Assembly: GCA_041577295.1 (NCBI GenBank)
Contig: JBFGJG010000002.1
Span: 160,001-224,000 of the forward strand
Source: Gemmatimonadales bacterium
Lineage (GTDB): Bacteria > Gemmatimonadota > Gemmatimonadetes > Gemmatimonadales > GWC2-71-9
Length of the DNA stretch: 64,000 nucleotides
Direction: 5' to 3'
In this document: piece by piece, positions 1 through 9,873 of the stretch
How the letters are laid out: each line of letters begins with the position of its first letter
Numbering within the stretch: the stretch's first letter is position 1
Program-made: the position numbers and the translations under genes
The notes under the pieces: model-generated
The model's database searches: none
The model's input: only the letters and a program-made list of their open reading frames with translations
What the model was told of the DNA's origin: nothing

Positions 1-1168
1 CCGGGTCGATGTTGTTCTCGATGCCATCGAGCACCGCCATCAGCATCGCGGAGAACATGAGGTAGCCATTGCAGGTCGGATCCGGACAGCGGAACTCGAG
101 CCGCTTCGCCTTGGGGTTAGCGGAGTACATCGGGATGCGCACCGCAGCGGAACGGTTTCTCGCCGACATCACCAGGTTGATGGGTGCCTCGAAACCAGGC
201 ACCAAGCGCCGATAGGAGTTGGTTGTAGGCGCCGCAAACGCCAAGACCGCCGGCGCGTGTTTCAGCAACCCACCAATGCCGTGGAGTGCGAGCTCGCTCA
301 AATCTGCGTAGCCTTTGCCCCCAAAGAGCGGCTTGCCTCCCTTCCAGAGGGAAAGATGGGTATGCATGCCGCTGCCGTTGTCTTGAAACACCGGTTTCGG
401 CATGAACGTCACCGTCTTCCCATGTCGCTTAGCCACGTTCTTTATGACGTACTTGTACCACATGAATTGATCGGCTTGCTCGAGCAGGGGGGCGAAACGC
501 ATGTCGATCTCGCTCTGGCCAGCGGTGCCCACCTCGTGATGATGAGCTTCAACCACTACGCCGATCTTCCGTAACGCGTACACCATTTCGCCCCGGAGAT
601 CGTGATACGTATCAGTGGGGCTGACGGGGAAGTAACCGCCTTTGTAGCTCGGCTTATACCCGAGGTTCGGCTCCTCGAACCGGGCGGTGTTCCACGCGCC
701 CTCTACCGAATCGATCTCGTAGAAGCCGCGGTGCTCGTTCTGCTCGTAACGGACCTCGTCGAAGATGAAGAACTCGGGTTCGGGACCGATGTAGCAAACG
801 TCGCCGACTCCGGTCTCTTTGAGGTACTCGGTCGCCTTCCGGGCGACGTGCCGCGGATCTCGAGTGTAATCCTCTTTGGTCACCGGGTCGACGATGTCTG
901 CGATCACACTGACCGTTGGCTCCTTGAAGAACGGATCGATCACCATTGAGTCAGGGTCGGGAATGGCGAGCATGTCCGAGACGTGGATGCCTTGCCAGCC
1001 ACGAATGGACGAACCATCGAATCCCACGCCGTCTTCGAACGTGCTCTCGTCCCACGTGTCGACCGGAAAAGAGCAGTGCTGCCAGGTACCCAGGAGATCG
1101 GTGAACTTCAGATCGACCATCTCGGCATGGTGTTTCTTGGCAAAGGCGAAGAAATCGCTAGGCGGCAT
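1..1168 (-). CDS. glnA: Glutamine synthetase type I (GSI-beta), 3' end outside the window
   Basis: Minus strand from ATG at 1168 (GGAG RBS) reads [31 protein letters not shown]...FDGSSIRGW...GGYFP...[16 protein letters not shown]...[13 protein letters not shown]. It carries the GSI-beta insertion. Absent from the ORF track because it has no stop in the window. Confidence 0.95.
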   Translation of the reverse strand, partial: MPPSDFFAFAKKHHAEMVDLKFTDLLGTWQHCSFPVDTWDESTFEDGVGFDGSSIRGWQGIHVSDMLAIPDPDSMVIDPFFKEPTVSVIADIVDPVTKEDYTRDPRHVARKATEYLKETGVGDVCYIGPEPEFFIFDEVRYEQNEHRGFYEIDSVEGAWNTARFEEPNLGYKPSYKGGYFPVSPTDTYHDLRGEMVYALRKIGVVVEAHHHEVGTAGQSEIDMRFAPLLEQADQFMWYKYVIKNVAKRHGKTVTFMPKPVFQDNGSGMHTHLSLWKGGKPLFGGKGYADLSELALHGIGGLLKHAPAVLAFAAPTTNSYRRLVPGFEAPINLVMSARNRSAAVRIPMYSANPKAKRLEFRCPDPTCNGYLMFSAMLMAVLDGIENNIDP

Positions 1169-1240
1169 GTTGATCGGCTCCGTGCTGCGAGGTCAGTAGT
1201 GGGGATCGCTCCGGGTTTCCGCTGTGGAGCAACCGGCGCC

Positions 1241-1269
1241 ACGTTAGGCTACCGAGGGCGGGTACGCAA
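1241..1269 (-). promoter_or_regulatory. Putative sigma70 promoter of glnA
   Basis: Minus strand TTGCGT-N17-TAACGT about 70 nt upstream of the start codon. Confidence 0.45.
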
Positions 1270-1328
1270 GGAAGAGAACTCGAAGGCACAGGTCTGGTGA
1301 CTTCGGCCGGGGGCGGGCCTTGCAAGGT

Positions 1329-1601
1329 CTGAGACGTGAGCCCTGAGGCCCAAGTCGCGACGACTTGGATCCAAGTCGAGGCGACTCTGGCCCAAGTCGA
1401 GGCAACTTGGCTTTGCGGAGGGTGCCCCGAGGCCTCAGTCGCGACAACTTGGACCCGATTCACAACGACTAAGGTCTCGAGAGGGGTGTCTGAGGCCTGA
1501 GATGCGACGACTTGGGTCCAAGTTGGGCCAACTTGGATCCAATTCGCGGCGACTCAGGCCCAAGTTGACACGACTTGGGTCAAAGTCGGAGCATCTGAGA
1601 C
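1329..1601. repeat. Tandem array of 13 degenerate 21-bp units, consensus CCAAGTCG-N3-CGACTTGG-N2 (palindromic)
   Basis: Units start every 21 bp at 1329, 1350, 1371, 1392, 1413, 1434, 1455, 1476, 1497, 1518, 1539, 1560 and 1581. Examples: ccaagtcgcgacgacttggat, ccaagttgggccaacttggat, ccaagttgacacgacttgggt. Confidence 0.9.
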
Positions 1602-1783
1602 GATGGTCTAGACGCGTAACAGCTGTGTTGGTAATGGATTACAGCATCTGGTACTCATGGACGGCCCGCGGCCACGAAGACCTGGCTCCAACAGCTGCGA
1701 TCAGGCCGATCGAGGTACCCAAGCCGAGCCGGGTCGCGCCGCCTCCGTGGTGTGGAGCCTTTCGCGCGGCGTAATACCTCGCG

Positions 1784-1813
1784 AAAAGCCCCGGCTGCTC
1801 ACCGGGGCTTTTT
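1784..1813. terminator. Intrinsic terminator downstream of tRNA-Cys (bidirectional type)
   Basis: aaaagccccgg-ctgctca-ccggggcttttt hairpin with A and T tracts. Confidence 0.8.
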
Positions 1814-1818
1814 GTCAG

Positions 1819-1890
<72 letters not shown>

Positions 1891-1974
1891 TGGGCTGTGG
1901 AAGTTGCCCCCGGCCCGGGCGATTCTCAAGGGGAAAACGCTCGGAACCGGGGTGCGAGGAGATTGACTTTTTGC

Positions 1975-2499
1975 TTAGTCGTCGGCGAGGGATGTCCGGA
2001 GCATCCACGCCATCTTCTCGTGCCGCTCCAACAACCCCACCATGAAATCGTTGGTTCCCACGTCGTGGAAGTGCTCGGTGCACTTCTCCTGGTCTTCGCG
2101 CAAGTGCCGGATTACTGCCTCGTGGTCGGCAAGGAGGTTCCCGAGCATGTCACGTGCGCGCGGGTACTCTCCCGGGGTCTCGCTGAGGCGTGATTCCCGC
2201 TCGAACTCCTGCACCGTGCCAATCGCGAATCCGCCAAGCGCACGCGCACGCTCAGCCACATCGTCAATGATGCCCTCGAGCTCTCGGTACTGTTCCTCGA
2301 ACAGCTCGTGAAGCTGCTGGAAGTGCATGCCGCGCACATTCCAATGGTAGTTACGCGACTTGACGTACAGGAGCATCTCGTCGGCAAGCAATTTGTTGAG
2401 CAAGCCGACAACACCCTGGCGATCTTCAGCGGACAACCCGGTGTGGACCCGCGTCGTCTCGTCCATCATGCGGGGCGAAGGCGAGGTCATGACAGCCAT
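1975..2499 (-). CDS. dps: Dps family DNA starvation/stationary phase protection protein
   Basis: Motifs NYHWNVRGMHFQQLHELFEEQY, DDVAERARALG and HEKMAWML. Confidence 0.93.
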   Translation of the reverse strand: MAVMTSPSPRMMDETTRVHTGLSAEDRQGVVGLLNKLLADEMLLYVKSRNYHWNVRGMHFQQLHELFEEQYRELEGIIDDVAERARALGGFAIGTVQEFERESRLSETPGEYPRARDMLGNLLADHEAVIRHLREDQEKCTEHFHDVGTNDFMVGLLERHEKMAWMLRTSLADD

Positions 2500-2646
2500 A
2501 TTCGATCTCCGTTAGTGATTCGTTTATTCTATGTTTGTTAAAGTTAATAGTTAGACAGTAATTGCGCAACAAGTGCCCAGGCTACCCGCTCGGCCAGCGG
2601 CTCAACTTGTACGGACGGCCGCGCGGGGGTAGACTTTTCCCACCGA

Positions 2647-2720
2647 GCGCCCGTAGCTCAACTGGACAGAGCATCGGACTTCGGATCCGAGGGCTGGGGG
2701 TTCGAGTCCTCCCGGGCGCA
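2647..2720 (+). tRNA. tRNA-Arg(TCG)
   Basis: GCGCCCGTAGCTCAACTGGACAGAGCATCGGACT-TCG-GATCCGAGGGCTGGGGGTTCGAGTCCTCCCGGGCGCA forms a cloverleaf with anticodon stem TCGGA/TCCGA. Confidence 0.93.
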
Positions 2721-2737
2721 TCACGGCTCGCCGTCTT

Positions 2738-3310
2738 TCACCCGTTGTAGATCAGACCACCGCGGTCCCGGTACAGCTGCAATACCGACCGAGCGTCGTC
2801 CCGGAGCACGCCCCGCACCACTTCCACCCCCCGATCTCGCAGGTACTGGTACGACTCCGGAAAGACCGGACCCTCATCGAAGTTGAGGCGAGAGGCGTCC
2901 TCGCGATGCGCTCCGGTTACCAAACGTTTGACACCGCTCCACAACACACCGCCAAGACACATAGCGCACGGATCGCAGGAGGAGACGAGCTCGTATGCTG
3001 CGTCGGGGTCCGCGCCCAGCGTGTGCACCTGGAGCCGTTGCTGCGCCATCATCGTGGCGACCATTTCCGCGTGCAGCGAGGAGTTGCGGAGGGGAACCAC
3101 CTGGTTCATGCCAGCGGCGATGAGCTGCCCCGTGCGCGACGCAAAAATCGCGGCCCCAAACGGGCCTCCGGTGTTCTGCATGACGTTCTCTCGCGCGAGG
3201 GCGATTGCCAGGCGCATTCGGTCCTCCGTAGCGGTGTACTCCCGATCCCAATCGACGACCTGCTCCACCCAGGGAGGATAGGTGATTCGTATTTCGGGAA
3301 GAGTTGTCAC
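2738..3310 (-). CDS. Zn-dependent nucleoside/nucleobase deaminase (cytidine/dCMP deaminase superfamily, guanine deaminase-like)
   Basis: GGPFGAAIF, HAE and PCAMC motifs. GTG start at 3310 chosen from the GGAGA RBS. Confidence 0.85.
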   Translation of the reverse strand: MTTLPEIRITYPPWVEQVVDWDREYTATEDRMRLAIALARENVMQNTGGPFGAAIFASRTGQLIAAGMNQVVPLRNSSLHAEMVATMMAQQRLQVHTLGADPDAAYELVSSCDPCAMCLGGVLWSGVKRLVTGAHREDASRLNFDEGPVFPESYQYLRDRGVEVVRGVLRDDARSVLQLYRDRGGLIYNG

Positions 3311-3429
3311 GCCTGTCTGTCTTTCTCCGGCCGATACGTTCGTCGGGTTGGTGGCACGGCTTTCGGGAGTCCGATCACACCGTATCTTCCTACGAAGTCG
3401 TGATGCGATCCGCCCGGCTTTGAGGTCCC

Positions 3430-3894
3430 ATGACCGACATACAGACCTACGCGACATCTTTGCCATTCGGTGCGTCAGTGCTGGACGGCGTGCTGACGGC
3501 CGGCCAACCTGAGGAAGCCCATTTTGTCGCGCTCGGCGCGCTTGGATGCCGCACGGTCGTTGACCTGCGCGGGCCTCACGAGCCTCGTCCCTGTGACGAG
3601 CCTACCTGTGTGCAAGCTAACGGAATGGAGTACGTGAGCATCCCAATCACCCCCCAAACCCTGGGTGACGAGACGTTCGCCGATTTCCGCTCCATGATGC
3701 GTGACGCCAGCAAGCGGCCGTTGCTCGTCCACTGTGCCACTTCGGATCGAGTGGGTGCACTGCTGCTCCCGTATCTCATTCTCGACCAAGGACACGATCT
3801 GGACCGAGCTCTCGAACTCGCGACGAAGGCAGGCCTTCGCAGCATGCAACTCGCTCAGATTGCGCTGGACTACGCGGAACGCGCTGCAACGTGA
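3430..3894 (+). CDS. Phosphatase-like/sulfur-transferase domain protein (Cx5R; Blh/DUF442-like)
   Basis: TAGQP, VVDLR and [11 protein letters not shown] motifs. Confidence 0.75.
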   Translation: MTDIQTYATSLPFGASVLDGVLTAGQPEEAHFVALGALGCRTVVDLRGPHEPRPCDEPTCVQANGMEYVSIPITPQTLGDETFADFRSMMRDASKRPLLVHCATSDRVGALLLPYLILDQGHDLDRALELATKAGLRSMQLAQIALDYAERAAT

Positions 3895-3923
3895 TGCCCC
3901 CTCGAGGCCCCAACGGTGTTGCC

Positions 3924-4253
3924 ATGATTATCTCTACGACGCCATCGATCAACGGTCATGAAATCACCCAGTACTACGGAATCGTCACCGGAGAGGCGAT
4001 TCTGGGAGCCAACATCTTCAAGGATTTCTTTGCCGGCATTCGCGACATCGTTGGCGGTCGCTCGGCGGCTTACGAAGAAGAGCTGCGCAAGGCCCGCGAT
4101 ATCGCAATCGACGAAATGGCGCTCGAAGGAGAAGCCCTGGGCGCCAATGCGGTGGTCGGGGTCGACATCGACTACGAGACAATTCAGGTAGGGAGCGGTG
4201 GGAGCATGCTCATGGTGAGTGCGTCAGGAACGGCGGTAAAAGTGAGGATGTGA
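3924..4253 (+). CDS. UPF0145/YbjQ family heavy-metal-binding protein
   Basis: [29 protein letters not shown]...[13 protein letters not shown]...SGTAV. Confidence 0.92.
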   Translation: MIISTTPSINGHEITQYYGIVTGEAILGANIFKDFFAGIRDIVGGRSAAYEEELRKARDIAIDEMALEGEALGANAVVGVDIDYETIQVGSGGSMLMVSASGTAVKVRM

Positions 4254-4312
4254 GGACTGGGTGAGTAGTGGGCAGTGAAGCAGACGAGCCAATCCTGCCT
4301 ATTACGGCATAC

Positions 4313-5968
4313 CTAGAAAAAGAACCCGCGCCCAAAGACCACGACCCACCGGCTTTGGCCGGAAAGTCCGTCGCCGAACCGGTAGGCGATGTCGAGCCGG
4401 CCCACGTTTGGTCCGGCCGACCTGGTTGCGCCGAAGCGGATGCCGGCACCAACGTCGCCTCCAAAGCGCGCGGGTTGGTCGGGAAACCAAGCACCGCCGT
4501 AATCCACAAACGCCGCAAAACCCAGCCCCATGACATTCAGCAATTCGTCAATGACGAACGCGCGATGCTCGAGAGAACCCCAAATGCCCCGGGTCCCCGT
4601 GAACGCGTGCGGTTCGAACGCCCGTGGCCCGATGCCGTGTCCGAGGTCGATCTCGTGACCGGGAGGCGTGCCTTTGCGAACCATTGCCTCCAAATGAAAG
4701 ACGGTGGCGCTCTTCCGAAGGGCTTGTGAGACCGCTGTAAAACCCGCCCAGACCTGACCTGAGTCGAGGCCAGCCGACGTAAACAGTCCGTTCGCGCGCG
4801 CGGCGAACCTGACCCACTGCGAGCCAAGGATTGCCCCCGTCTGGAAGAAACCCCTCGGCCCAATACCAGAGCGTTGGTAGCCGAAATCCGCGGGGGCCAT
4901 CCACACCCCCACGTTGAGCCGTGTGCTCAAATCGATGTCGACATCGCGTTCGAACCCGATGTAATGTGTTGTAACCTTGAAGCGCGCTTTGGCGATGTCG
5001 GTGAAGACGCCGACGGCACCGGTGACCGTGTCCGGAACCGTCAGGGGGACGGGTTGGGCGGGCTTTAGAAAGTACTCCTCACGCTTGACCTGTGCCGCGA
5101 GCCCAACCCGCACATACAAGGCAGAGCTCGCGACCGGCGCATAGGCAAAAGTTGCGCGCTGAAAGAACAGCCGCCGGCGAAAGGTTTGAAACAGTTCGCC
5201 ACTGCGAAACTGCAGCATGTCCCGCTCTGCGGCGGCCCCATGGAATTCCAGGCCAAATCGCTCCGAGAACGCGCGAAAGGGACGCTCGAACGCCCACTCG
5301 CCGACGCTGCCGTCGCTCAAATTGTCGTACAGTCCCGAGACGAGCAGTCGGGACCCGAGGGGCCGATCCCATCGGCCGAGCAGGGTGACGGCGGTGCGGT
5401 CCGGCTCGTCGCGATACGTAATTCCCGCCTGCGCACCCGTACCAAGCAGGTTGCGCTCGAGAAGACCTGCCGCCCAGGAGAACGTGCCGCCCGTCGAGCG
5501 TCCGGTGAGATTGAGGTCGGTCGACCACCCGTCACCGGTGCGTAGATACACCGTGACGGAATCGCCGTGACGAACCGTGTCCGCTTCGACGTCGCGAAAG
5601 ATCCCGAGGGTCCGTAGGTTGCGCAGCGATTCCTCGACGCGAGCGGAGTCGTAACGCTCGCCCACGTCGAAGAGGAGTTCGCGGCGAATGACGTAGGGGC
5701 GAGTGGTGAAGTGCAGCGCGTTGGCAACGCGGAACAGCACGCTGGAGCGCGCCTCCGCGGGGTCGAAGACATCGTGATTGACAATGACGATGCTATCGAT
5801 GTACGGCTCCGCGGTGCTCACACCGTCCTGCGCCACGGCACGGGAAAACGGCGCGAGGAACAGGGCCAGGAGAAAAGCGCGTCTCACACCGCTACACACC
5901 CCCCGCCCGAAACCTCTGCACCGAATCGAGCGCGCGCTCGGGTCGGACATCACCAGATTTGGGAACAT
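4313..5968 (-). CDS. BamA/TamA-like outer membrane protein with POTRA domain
   Basis: Signal peptide, POTRA-like TRPYVIRRELLF...ESLRNLRTLGIF, beta-strand-rich C-terminus ending in Phe. Exact start uncertain. Confidence 0.75.
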   Translation of the reverse strand: MFPNLVMSDPSARSIRCRGFGRGVCSGVRRAFLLALFLAPFSRAVAQDGVSTAEPYIDSIVIVNHDVFDPAEARSSVLFRVANALHFTTRPYVIRRELLFDVGERYDSARVEESLRNLRTLGIFRDVEADTVRHGDSVTVYLRTGDGWSTDLNLTGRSTGGTFSWAAGLLERNLLGTGAQAGITYRDEPDRTAVTLLGRWDRPLGSRLLVSGLYDNLSDGSVGEWAFERPFRAFSERFGLEFHGAAAERDMLQFRSGELFQTFRRRLFFQRATFAYAPVASSALYVRVGLAAQVKREEYFLKPAQPVPLTVPDTVTGAVGVFTDIAKARFKVTTHYIGFERDVDIDLSTRLNVGVWMAPADFGYQRSGIGPRGFFQTGAILGSQWVRFAARANGLFTSAGLDSGQVWAGFTAVSQALRKSATVFHLEAMVRKGTPPGHEIDLGHGIGPRAFEPHAFTGTRGIWGSLEHRAFVIDELLNVMGLGFAAFVDYGGAWFPDQPARFGGDVGAGIRFGATRSAGPNVGRLDIAYRFGDGLSGQSRWVVVFGRGFFF

Positions 5969-6090
5969 CGGATCGGACTCTGACCGACTCGGATCACCCA
6001 GCCTTGGGGAGCGGGGATTGGGACCGCGGAACTTGCAACACTCTTACCTAACATAGCGGGTCCCTCGGCTCCCAGCTTGGACGTCGCGAA

Positions 6091-7494
6091 TCAGTATTTG
6101 CCGAGGTACTTCTCCGCTTCCCACGGGCTCACCATGGCGGAATACTCGAGCCACTCCTGGCGCTTCGCTTCCACAAACCGCCGGTAGATGTGATCGCCGA
6201 GCGCATCGCGAATGATCCGGTCCTTTTCCAAATAGTCGAGGGCCTCGTGGAGATCTCGTGGCAACTCGTCGATGCGATAACGTCGCCGTTCCCGAAAGCT
6301 CATCGAGAAGATGTTTTTGTTGACGGGATCGGGCGGTGTCAGGCCTTCCTCGATTCCGTTGAGACCGGCCGCGAGCTGTACGGTGAGCGCGAGGTACGGA
6401 TTGGCCGACGGGTCCGGCATCCGCAGCTCGCACCGGGTGCCCTGTCCGCGGCGATCGGGGATGCGGATGAGCGGGGACCGATTGCGCATGCTCCAAGCGA
6501 CGTTGGTCGGAGCCTCGTACCCCGGCACGAGACGTTTGTAGCTGTTTACCAATGGATTGGTTACAGCACAGAATCCACGCGCGTGCTTCAACAGGCCGGC
6601 GATATAGCCGAGCCCCACTTCCGAGATTTGCCACTTCGCCTTGGGATCGAAGAACGCGTTCTTGCCGTTCTTGAACAGCGACTGATGCGTGTGCATCCCC
6701 GAGCCGTTCTGGCCCTGGATGGGCTTGGGCATAAACGTCGCGAGAAACCCGTGCCGGTACGCGATGGTCCTCACCACGAACCGGAACGTTGCGATGTGAT
6801 CGGCCGTGGTGAGCGCGTCGGCATACCGGAAATCCACCTCGTGCTGACCCGAGGCGACCTCGTGATGCCCCGCTTCGACTTCAAAACCCATGTGAACGAG
6901 GTCGTGGATGATCAGTCGTCTTATGGGTTCCGCACGATCCACTGGTGCCAGGTCGAAGTAGCCACCCTGGTCGTGAGTCTCGAGCGAGGGATCCCCTCGT
7001 TCGTCCAAGTGGAAGATGAAAAACTCGGCCTCACACCCAGCCATCATCTGGAATCCCATCTCCTGCGCTTTGGCGATCTGCCGCTTGAGCGTGAGGCGCG
7101 GGCAGCCGGCAAACGGTGTGTCGTCTGGATTGTAGATGTCGCAAATCAGCCGGGCCACGCGTCCGCCCTCGTCGTCATACGGAAAGATCTCGAACGTCTC
7201 CAGGTCGGGCTTGAGCACCATATCGCTTTCCTCGATGCGGACGAAGCCCTCGATGGACGATCCGTCGAACATCACATCGCCCGACAGTGCCTTATTGAAC
7301 TGACTGCTCGGCACCTCGACGTTCTTGTTGATCCCGGTGATATCGGTGAACTGAAGACGCAAGAAATCCACGTCGAAATCTTCGGTGAGTTTGATGATGT
7401 CCGACGTGGACGCACCGCTGGTGTCGATTGCCTGGCCACGCACCACTGGCTTGGTGTCGCGAACCGGGACCGTCAGGGCTTTGCCTCGGGCCAC
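6091..7494 (-). CDS. glnA: Glutamine synthetase type I (GSI-alpha)
   Basis: FDGSSIEGFVRIEESDM, HHEVASGQHE, FMPKP..NGSGMH and NSYKRLVPGYEAP motifs. It lacks the GSI-beta insertion. Confidence 0.95.
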   Translation of the reverse strand: MARGKALTVPVRDTKPVVRGQAIDTSGASTSDIIKLTEDFDVDFLRLQFTDITGINKNVEVPSSQFNKALSGDVMFDGSSIEGFVRIEESDMVLKPDLETFEIFPYDDEGGRVARLICDIYNPDDTPFAGCPRLTLKRQIAKAQEMGFQMMAGCEAEFFIFHLDERGDPSLETHDQGGYFDLAPVDRAEPIRRLIIHDLVHMGFEVEAGHHEVASGQHEVDFRYADALTTADHIATFRFVVRTIAYRHGFLATFMPKPIQGQNGSGMHTHQSLFKNGKNAFFDPKAKWQISEVGLGYIAGLLKHARGFCAVTNPLVNSYKRLVPGYEAPTNVAWSMRNRSPLIRIPDRRGQGTRCELRMPDPSANPYLALTVQLAAGLNGIEEGLTPPDPVNKNIFSMSFRERRRYRIDELPRDLHEALDYLEKDRIIRDALGDHIYRRFVEAKRQEWLEYSAMVSPWEAEKYLGKY

Positions 7495-7536
7495 GTTCTC
7501 ACGCTCCTGAAGAGTTTGGGGGCTAACGAGCCGCCC

Positions 7537-7566
7537 AACCTAACGAGGGCCTGAGCACGTTGTCAA
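7537..7566 (-). promoter_or_regulatory. Putative sigma70 promoter of the second glnA
   Basis: Minus strand TTGACA-N18-TAGGTT, followed by an AGGAG RBS before the GTG start. Confidence 0.5.
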
Positions 7567-7684
7567 CGTAGTTTCGCACATTTCGCAGAGATTTATGCTC
7601 ATCGCTGCCCTTGCAGCCGAGCAATCGGGAATACTTTTGGGAGATGTGTGTCAGATCGGCAGGAATTGGGAGGCGCTACTTCGG

Positions 7685-7990
7685 CTACACGCTGAGGGAA
7701 TTGAGCAGATTCCACAACTCCCAACCAGAGGATGAGAACTCCGAAAATCGCTGCAGCACCTCCTGCTCGGACCACTCGAGAAAGATCCACCCGGAGAGCC
7801 GATGGGCGTTGCCTGAGATGAAGTGCACCCTACCCCGGATCCCTCCCAAACCCGCGTCCTGCACTGTCTCGAGCAACACATCCCACCGGCTGTCGCCGCG
7901 CACCAGCTCGCCCATCTGACGGGCCTTGATCTGGCTCAGCGGTGGATCGAACCTGGAGGACGCGGAGCGAGTGTCTCCCTCAGCAGCCAT
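7685..7990 (-). CDS. Small hypothetical protein
   Basis: Globular-looking ORF (WDVLLET...GRVHF...WIFLEWSEQEV) filling an intergenic gap. Start uncertain. Confidence 0.55.
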   Translation of the reverse strand: MAAEGDTRSASSRFDPPLSQIKARQMGELVRGDSRWDVLLETVQDAGLGGIRGRVHFISGNAHRLSGWIFLEWSEQEVLQRFSEFSSSGWELWNLLNSLSV

Positions 7991-8112
7991 GCGGCTACAG
8001 TAATGCTCGGCGGATAGCCACGCTAGCAGTGCCGACGGCCTTTGCGCTACCCATTGTGGCGTCTTGCGATACTTTCCCATACGAGCCGCAAATCCACCAG
8101 TATAGGAGGGCA

Positions 8113-8889
8113 ATGCCCGCCGCCCAGCAGTCCGACAACACGCCCGCCGGCGTTTGCCCCTCGTGCGGGGGGAGCGTCAGCGGCAACTTCTGCAGCCACT
8201 GTGGCACCCCCGTGCAGGGAGCGTCCTGTCCGTCCTGTAGGACACCGCTCAGCCCGGGTGCCCGGTTCTGTCACCTTTGCGGCGCCCCACTTGGTGCTCG
8301 CCAGCGCCGAGGCGCGGTGGCTCCCTGGTTGATCGCCGGTGGGGCAATCACGGCACTCGTAACGGTGCTTGTCGTTGTGGCCGTTCGGGGTGGGAGCCCG
8401 GCGGCCATCACCGCCGAGACAGCTCCGGCGCCGAGAAGTGGTGCTGCCGCCGTCGATCTCTCATCAATGACACCCCGTGAGCAGGCCGATCGCCTCTACG
8501 AGCGCATCATGCGGGCGCACGAGCGTGGCGACACGAATGAGATTCGGTTCTTCAAGACAATGGCTCTCCAAGCGTACGCGAGACTGGGTACGCTCGACGA
8601 CGACGCACATTATCACGTCGGGCTGATTCACGCGCTGACCGGGGATCCGGCGGCCGCGCTCGCGCAGGCAGACTCGATGAGCGAAGGCAACCTCTTGGCA
8701 TTGATGCTCCGTCAGCAGGTGGCAATGGCTGTCAACGACGCTGCAGCAAGCCAGCGCGCCTATCGAGAGTTTCTCGCAAACTATGAGCGGGAGCTCGCGA
8801 CCAACCGACCCGAATACGCGGCGCACCGCTCGCTCATCGAGAGCTTCGTGGTAGAGGCACAGCGCCAACCTGGAGCTGGAACTCCGTGA
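8113..8889 (+). CDS. Double zinc-ribbon membrane protein with helical C-terminal domain
   Basis: AGGAGG RBS, four CxxC pairs (CPSC, CSHC, CPSC, CHLC) and a TM segment. Confidence 0.8.
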   Translation: MPAAQQSDNTPAGVCPSCGGSVSGNFCSHCGTPVQGASCPSCRTPLSPGARFCHLCGAPLGARQRRGAVAPWLIAGGAITALVTVLVVVAVRGGSPAAITAETAPAPRSGAAAVDLSSMTPREQADRLYERIMRAHERGDTNEIRFFKTMALQAYARLGTLDDDAHYHVGLIHALTGDPAAALAQADSMSEGNLLALMLRQQVAMAVNDAAASQRAYREFLANYERELATNRPEYAAHRSLIESFVVEAQRQPGAGTP

Positions 8890-9740
8890 AAACCATTCGG
8901 GTGGCGCACAGCCCCGACGCCGATGACGCTTTCATGTTCTACGCCCTCGCGGCCGGCAAGATTCCCACGGGCGATCGTCGGTACGTTCACGAGCTGAGCG
9001 ACATCGAATCCCTCAACCGGCGCGCGTTACAGGGTGACTTGGAGGTCACGGCGGTCTCCATGCACGCCTACGCGCATCTCGTGGATCGCTACGCACTTCT
9101 CCCGCACGGCGCGTCGATCGGCGACCGATACGGGCCACGGCTCGTCGCCACTACAGCCCCGCCAGCCGATGTCGCGCAGGCATTGGTGGGATGCCGAGTG
9201 GCTATCCCGGGGACCCTAACCACCGCCGCCTTAACGTTGCGGCTCTTTCAGCCGAACATAGAGGAAGTGGTCGTGCCTTTCGATCGGATTGAGGAGGCGG
9301 TGCTCGGTGGGCAGGTCGAGGCCGGCCTCCTGATTCACGAAGGACAGCTGACGTACGGCGATCGTGGCCTCCATCTGTGGGCGGATATGGGCGAATGGTG
9401 GTACGGCGAAACAGGGCTGCCCCTCCCACTCGGAGGAAACGTCATTCGCCGCGATTTAGGGGACGACCTCATCCAGGCCGTCTCACAGGACTTGCGGGCC
9501 AGCATTGCGTACGGTCTGGAGCACCGGGAGGATGCCCTGGCGCACGCGATGAGCTACGCGAGGGGCCTGGAACCATCCAGGGTCGATCGCTTTGTTGCCA
9601 TGTATGTGAACGAGTACACCCTAGATTATGGGGAGACCGGGAGGCGGGCCGTACGGGAGTTGCTCGACCGGGCGGCAGCGACCGGGATTGTGCCAAACCC
9701 GGTGGCCGTCACCTTCGTCGAAGATGGGGGCACAGGATGA
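8886..9740 (+). CDS. mqnD: 1,4-dihydroxy-6-naphthoate synthase (futalosine menaquinone pathway)
   Basis: HSPDADDAFMFYAL, LIHEGQLTY, LPLPLGGN and MYVNEYT motifs. Confidence 0.85.
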   Translation: MKTIRVAHSPDADDAFMFYALAAGKIPTGDRRYVHELSDIESLNRRALQGDLEVTAVSMHAYAHLVDRYALLPHGASIGDRYGPRLVATTAPPADVAQALVGCRVAIPGTLTTAALTLRLFQPNIEEVVVPFDRIEEAVLGGQVEAGLLIHEGQLTYGDRGLHLWADMGEWWYGETGLPLPLGGNVIRRDLGDDLIQAVSQDLRASIAYGLEHREDALAHAMSYARGLEPSRVDRFVAMYVNEYTLDYGETGRRAVRELLDRAAATGIVPNPVAVTFVEDGGTG

Positions 9741-9873
9741 CAGCCAAGCCAATGCCGGATGGCCGTTGCGCAGATCCCGTGGACGTTTCATCGTTGGCGG
9801 CATCGCGTGGAACGCCGTCAAAGGGGTTTGGGAGCATCCGGGGAACACCTGTGGCAAGGAGGCTTCGGTTCTC

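Noticed and set aside
1329..1601. CRISPR array interpretation of the 21-bp repeats
   Set aside because: Units are contiguous with no unique spacers, are too degenerate, and no cas genes occur in the window.
1158..1774. ORF-track proteins with heptad repeats (1158-1463, 1244-1447, 1502-1774)
   Set aside because: By-products of the 21-bp repeat in several frames, with no RBS support.
3352..3366. Sigma54-like TGGCACGGCTTTCGG (and TGGCATGGGGTATGG near 45678)
   Set aside because: The -12 element is GG rather than GC, so they were not called as promoters.
6190..7554. 454-aa plus-strand ORF
   Set aside because: Antisense shadow of glnA, typical of high-GC DNA. The same applies to 40618-41955, 47485-48972, 23587-24774 and 63000-63713.
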